A stretch of 64,000 nucleotides of DNA from Desulfatiglandales bacterium (GTDB lineage: Bacteria; Desulfobacterota; DSM-4660; Desulfatiglandales; Desulfatiglandaceae): positions 4,192,001 to 4,256,000 of the forward strand of contig OY759599.1 in assembly GCA_963662465.1 (NCBI GenBank), given 5' to 3'. Every line of letters starts with the position of its first letter. Positions within the stretch are counted from its first letter, which is position 1. Positions 59,641 through 64,000 of the stretch are shown piece after piece. A model generated the notes under the pieces. That model did not search any database. It was given only the letters and a program-made list of their open reading frames with translations, and was not told the origin of the DNA. The position numbers and the translations under genes were made by a program.

Positions 59641-61675
59641 AATAACGATACCCCACCGTAAAATAAAAGGCCCGGCCCGGCATGGGACAACTATTAAAGT
59701 CTTCATATTGCTCGTTGGTCAGATTTCTTCCTTCCAGGCTGAAGAGAAAGGAATGAAAGAGCCATGAAATGCCGGAATTGATTTCATTCTTATCCTTGGC
59801 CGGCAGCAGATTGGCGCTGTCATAGTACATGCCGGTTTCCCGAACATACTCGCCGTAAACCTTAACGCCCGCATACCGCGCCTCAATCCTGCCCAGATAG
59901 GAAGTTTCGAATCGCCCGGGCAGTTTTTTTCCATTAAACGCCTTGACCTGACTCTTATTCACGGGATCCTGCCAGGTGGCATTGCCCACCAGTCGAAAAT
60001 ATTTCAGAAAATCAATACGGAACTCACTTTCAACACCCCGAATTTCCGCCCTGGATATATTTTGAGCCTTGCCAATCTCCCGTGAGTCATAAACAAACGT
60101 AATAAGATCATCGACGTTGCTGCCAAAATAGGCGGAATTGAAGGAGACATATTCCAACCACCAGATCTTTGTGGGGTATCTCAATTCAAATCCCGCATCA
60201 AAATTGACCCCCTCCTCCGCCTTCAGATCGGAATTGCCCACAATAGATCCGCGATCGCCGAATAACTCAAAAAAGGACGGTTCTCGAACATATTTGGCCA
60301 GGTTGCTTCTGAGATTCAACCAATTTAAAGGACTGTACTTGATGCCGATCTGGGGGCTGATGTAGTTCTTGTTTCGCTCTTCTCCTTCCAGGGGCGTCCC
60401 AAACATGTTGGTGGCGCTTTGTAAATCATCCTGAAGATGCGTATACCGGAGGGCCGGCGTGATGATAAGGCTGTCTTGAAATAGCAAGACACTGTCTTGA
60501 AGGCCCAAACTCAAGGTGTCTCTTGTACTTTTGCTGGGATTTTTTCGGGTCAGAAGATCTTCCGAATCATAGGTTTCCTGATGGTAATCGACCATAAAAC
60601 TCACTGCGTTCATCTCCGTCAGCCATTCAAGGAAAAAATCTCCGCCATACCGTTTCGTAATATATCGGCTCTTCTGGCACCCAAGTCCGATGGTGTCATG
60701 GCTGTCGTTATACAATTCATCCTTATAAGAATAGTCAATGCTGGTTCGCGTATTGAAATTAAAGGGGCCCACATCATTGGCAGTAAAGCTTAATGCAGTG
60801 ATATTTCTTTCCGTCTGCAGGGAAGCATCCGCTTTATCACTGTTATTCCAGGTAGGCAACCCCTGGTCCTTTGAAAACCATTGATTCAACAGATTGATGC
60901 GCAAATCATCGGTAAAATCGTAGCCCACCTTGGCGAGGACATTTTCCTGATCGAACTGTGCATTGTTGCGCTTTACCCATTTATCATCATTGGGGTTGTA
61001 TTCGGTATGGTTGTCATACAGGTATTCAAAATTGTTATCACTGGCCAAATAACTGGCTGAAACCAGATAGTCCCATTTCCCGGGCTTGTGATTGACAAAA
61101 CCCGAGGCCTGGCGGGTATTGAAAGAACCGTATCCCAAGGTGGCGCTGGCGTTCAACCCTTCTTTGGCGCGCAAGGTCCTGATGTTAACCACCCCGCCAA
61201 TGGACGCCTTGTTGAAGTTTATGGGGGTCACGCCACGATAGACCTCAATGGCCGCCACATCTGAGAGGGCGATGCTGCTCAAGTCAACGCCGCCCCCGGA
61301 AGCATCATTCAGCAGCACGCCGTCCACAAAAACCATCACCTGGTCGCTGGAGGAACCGCGAAGTGAAACCGTTGAAAAGCTGCCCAGCCCCCCGGACTGA
61401 CGAACCTGAACACCGGCCTCATTCTGAAGCACCTCCGCCAGATCTTCCATCTTGCCTTCAAATGCTTCACGTTCAATCACCGTCACAAAACCCGTGGTTT
61501 CCTCCAGATCGACATCTCCGGTCTGGAAATCCGGCTGTTCCGGCGCCGCTGTGACCACAACCGTTCCCAGGGTAGTGGTGGTTTTCTGCGGCGCATCAGC
61601 AAAGACAAATCCCTGACTTGAAACGAAAAATGCCAGGCAAAAAACGCTCACGATATTTCGAATGAATTTCTTCAT
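59639..61675 (-). CDS. btuB: TonB-dependent receptor, cobalamin (BtuB-like)
   Basis: TonB box TVVVTA, plug SLRG...VFVDG...IEVYRG...GGVVNI, C-terminal GRAFYFTVGYRY; riboswitch upstream. Confidence 0.88.
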   Translation of the reverse strand: MKKFIRNIVSVFCLAFFVSSQGFVFADAPQKTTTTLGTVVVTAAPEQPDFQTGDVDLEETTGFVTVIEREAFEGKMEDLAEVLQNEAGVQVRQSGGLGSFSTVSLRGSSSDQVMVFVDGVLLNDASGGGVDLSSIALSDVAAIEVYRGVTPINFNKASIGGVVNIRTLRAKEGLNASATLGYGSFNTRQASGFVNHKPGKWDYLVSASYLASDNNFEYLYDNHTEYNPNDDKWVKRNNAQFDQENVLAKVGYDFTDDLRINLLNQWFSKDQGLPTWNNSDKADASLQTERNITALSFTANDVGPFNFNTRTSIDYSYKDELYNDSHDTIGLGCQKSRYITKRYGGDFFLEWLTEMNAVSFMVDYHQETYDSEDLLTRKNPSKSTRDTLSLGLQDSVLLFQDSLIITPALRYTHLQDDLQSATNMFGTPLEGEERNKNYISPQIGIKYSPLNWLNLRSNLAKYVREPSFFELFGDRGSIVGNSDLKAEEGVNFDAGFELRYPTKIWWLEYVSFNSAYFGSNVDDLITFVYDSREIGKAQNISRAEIRGVESEFRIDFLKYFRLVGNATWQDPVNKSQVKAFNGKKLPGRFETSYLGRIEARYAGVKVYGEYVRETGMYYDSANLLPAKDKNEINSGISWLFHSFLFSLEGRNLTNEQYEDFNSCPMPGRAFYFTVGYRY

Positions 61676-61782
61676 AACCAAAAAAAACCCCCGGACCGAA
61701 AAGAATCGACCCGGGGATTTCCCTTTTTTATCCTCAAGCACCAACAATCCCCCATCCGTCCACGTAACTGGCGGGATTTTTA

Positions 61783-61963
61783 TTCAGGCAGGTCTTCTGA
61801 CTCCCCCCCTCTTTTGACAACCTTCCCATTCCGAAGATTTAATTAGAACAGTGGTCAAAAAAACGCCAAAAGAGTTCCCTTGATAATCAAAGGCGAAGGT
61901 CACAGCGGCGGGCCCGTCCCATTTTAATGGAGTTCCCTGTTAGGCTCAACATAAGCACCTGAA
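61783..61963 (-). promoter_or_regulatory. Cobalamin riboswitch
   Basis: AGGTGC...AACAGGGAA...CCCGCCGCTGTG...CCACTG...GGGAAGG...GAGTCAGAAGACCTGCCT on the - strand. Confidence 0.92.
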
Positions 61964-62149
61964 TTTTCTTTTTAAAATATGGTCATAGAAAGGTCAAGTG
62001 AAAACAACCGCTTTGATTTTAAAAGGGCGTCATTTAAATAGTTTCAAATCTGCACTTTTTTCCAGAACCCATAAAAAAAGGGCTTGGCTTCATGCTTGCG
62101 TTGTGAGAAATTCCAGTCTTAAACCGAATTTAAAAGATAACGAGGCGCC

Positions 62150-63397
62150 ATGAGCCGTCGCTGGGCCATTTTCCTGATCACGTCGTCTAATTTTTTCCTC
62201 TCCCAGTTCTACCGGGCAACCAATGCCGTGATTGCAGACCAACTTCTTCTGAATCTCTCCCTCGATACACAGGGTCTGGGCGCCCTTAGCGCCGCATTCT
62301 TTTATGCCTTTGCCGTAACCCAAATCCCCATCAGCATGCTCCTGGACCGAATCGGTCCCCGCAATATGATGACGGGGTTATCGCTGTTGGGCATTGCGGG
62401 GGCGCTTATTTTTGCGTGGGCAGACTCCCTGGGAATGGGTCTTCTGGGCCGCGTTCTCCTGGGGATCGGAATGGCCTGCAACCTTATGGGAACCCTGAAA
62501 CTGATGACCGTCTGGTTCAAGCCCGCCACTTTCGCCACGCTTACGGGCATTATTTTTTCCATCGGGACGGTGGGAAACATGGCCGCAACGGTTCCCCTGG
62601 CCTTCCTGGTAAATCTGATGGGCTGGCGACAGGCTTTCATGGCCATTGCCGGCGTCAACCTGTTACTGGTTATGGCACTCTATCTGGTGGTGCGGGATAC
62701 GCCGATGAAGGGAGGGGACCAAAGCTTTACACAAATGTCTAAAGCCCATCGAAATACGCACTCCGGACTCACAGCACTTTTCAAAGAGCCTGCCTACTGG
62801 ATCATTTCCCTGACGAGCTTCGTGAGCTACGGCATCTATGCGGCTTTTCAAACCCTCTGGGCCGGACCCTATCTAACGGAAGTCATGGGGCTTGACATCA
62901 TGAATGCCGGACATGTAATTCTGTTGATGAATGTGGGGGCCATTGCCGGCGGTCCCATATGGGGATGGCTGTCCGACAGGATCTTTCATACCCGCAAGTG
63001 GATGGTATCGGGCGGCATGGCAATCTTCACCCTCATCCTGTGGATGCTGGCCATGCTTTCTTCAGAGACAACCCTGATCATCCTGATGATGTTGTTTTTC
63101 AGCTTTGGGTTTTTCAGATCCAGCGGCGCACTGCTGTACGTCCAAATCAAGGAAACCATGCCCATTGAAATGGCCGGAACCGCCATGACCGGAATCAATT
63201 TTTTTACCATGATCGGACCGGCCGTCTTTCTTCAGGGACTGGGTGTTCTCATGCAAACCTTTTATCCCCATTCCTCCAGAGGGCCTGAAGCGTTCACAGC
63301 GGCCTTCACCCTGTGCGCAACTTTACTTGCCCTGGTTTCCCTTCTTTACCTCTTTACGAAAGATACCGTCATAAGACATAAGGAACCGTCTTTATGA
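62150..63397 (+). CDS. MFS transporter
   Basis: About 12 TM segments, DRIGPR motif A, GWLSDR. Confidence 0.92.
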   Translation: MSRRWAIFLITSSNFFLSQFYRATNAVIADQLLLNLSLDTQGLGALSAAFFYAFAVTQIPISMLLDRIGPRNMMTGLSLLGIAGALIFAWADSLGMGLLGRVLLGIGMACNLMGTLKLMTVWFKPATFATLTGIIFSIGTVGNMAATVPLAFLVNLMGWRQAFMAIAGVNLLLVMALYLVVRDTPMKGGDQSFTQMSKAHRNTHSGLTALFKEPAYWIISLTSFVSYGIYAAFQTLWAGPYLTEVMGLDIMNAGHVILLMNVGAIAGGPIWGWLSDRIFHTRKWMVSGGMAIFTLILWMLAMLSSETTLIILMMLFFSFGFFRSSGALLYVQIKETMPIEMAGTAMTGINFFTMIGPAVFLQGLGVLMQTFYPHSSRGPEAFTAAFTLCATLLALVSLLYLFTKDTVIRHKEPSL

Positions 63398-63424
63398 ACA
63401 ACCACTTTCCGGAGACGGCCGGCA

Positions 63425-64000
63425 TCAACAAACTTTAATGGCATCGGGAAACCGATTAATCTTTTTCATTCCGGTCTCGGCGACCACAAAGGTATTTTCA
63501 ATCCCCACTACCCCTTCGCCGGGGAACACCACTTTAGGTTCCAAAGCAATGGTCATCCCTTCTTCAAGACATGTTTGCCCGCCCTTGCCGATAACGGGCC
63601 ATTCATCCAGTTCAAGGCCTATGCCATGACCCACAAAGGGAACGCCCTGAGGCCACCCCATAAATCCATCGGCCAAGCCTGCCTTGTCTACGATGCCTAA
63701 CGCCAAAGCGTACAGATCTTCCGCTTTTGCGCCGGGAAGGCCTTTTTGCGCCACGGTCTCCTGGACCTCCAGCATCACCTCATGAGCATAAACAAATGAC
63801 TCCTTCAGTTTCCCAAGAGAAAAAATCCGCGTCGAATCGTCAACATAGCCTTTCAGGTTTGCGCAATAATCAATCAGTACCGGGCTATGGGTTTTTATTT
63901 TTCCCATTCCCGCACCCTGGGAATAAAAAGGCCCCAAACCCTTTCCGCCCGTAGGTCCCGGCGAATTGCTGGGCAACGCCGCGTTTTCACCGGCCATAAT
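63425..64000 (-). CDS. M24 (Xaa-Pro) peptidase, C-terminal part
   Basis: GYVDDSTR, GHGIGLELDE, EPK, GIEN. Confidence 0.9.
   Translation of the reverse strand: MMAGENAALPSNSPGPTGGKGLGPFYSQGAGMGKIKTHSPVLIDYCANLKGYVDDSTRIFSLGKLKESFVYAHEVMLEVQETVAQKGLPGAKAEDLYALALGIVDKAGLADGFMGWPQGVPFVGHGIGLELDEWPVIGKGGQTCLEEGMTIALEPKVVFPGEGVVGIENTFVVAETGMKKINRFPDAIKVC

Overview
Bacterial chromosome segment, probably from an anaerobic Desulfobacterota/deltaproteobacterium (inferred from gene content and tRNA-Sec). Left: a 5'-truncated sulfatase with an in-frame TAG, a decayed CheR/hybrid kinase and an intact hybrid sensor kinase. 7.1-27.8 kb (- strand): a complete type 1 BREX system (brxA-brxB-brxC-pglX-pglZ-brxL). 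It carries two cargo blocks (TA modules, RloAB/AbiL-like pair, AAA ATPase, AlbA protein, MNT-HEPN) and diverged relic copies of the brxC and pglX 3' ends. Middle: a MITE, an FMN glutamate-synthase-family gene under two tandem ANTAR-type antiterminators, LuxR with a NuoEFG/HydCBA-like module, housekeeping genes (sirtuin, asd) and selC. 42.8-57.7 kb: a decayed island after selC with phage lysozyme/terminase relics, IS1634, an IS21 element carrying ParB and accessory genes, a Zn-ribbon-repeat nuclease, HigBA, and DUF3800 with a downstream RNA-like element. Right: two convergent cobalamin-riboswitch-controlled uptake genes, an MFS transporter and a partial M24 peptidase. All calls come from motif recognition and hand alignment; no database search was run.
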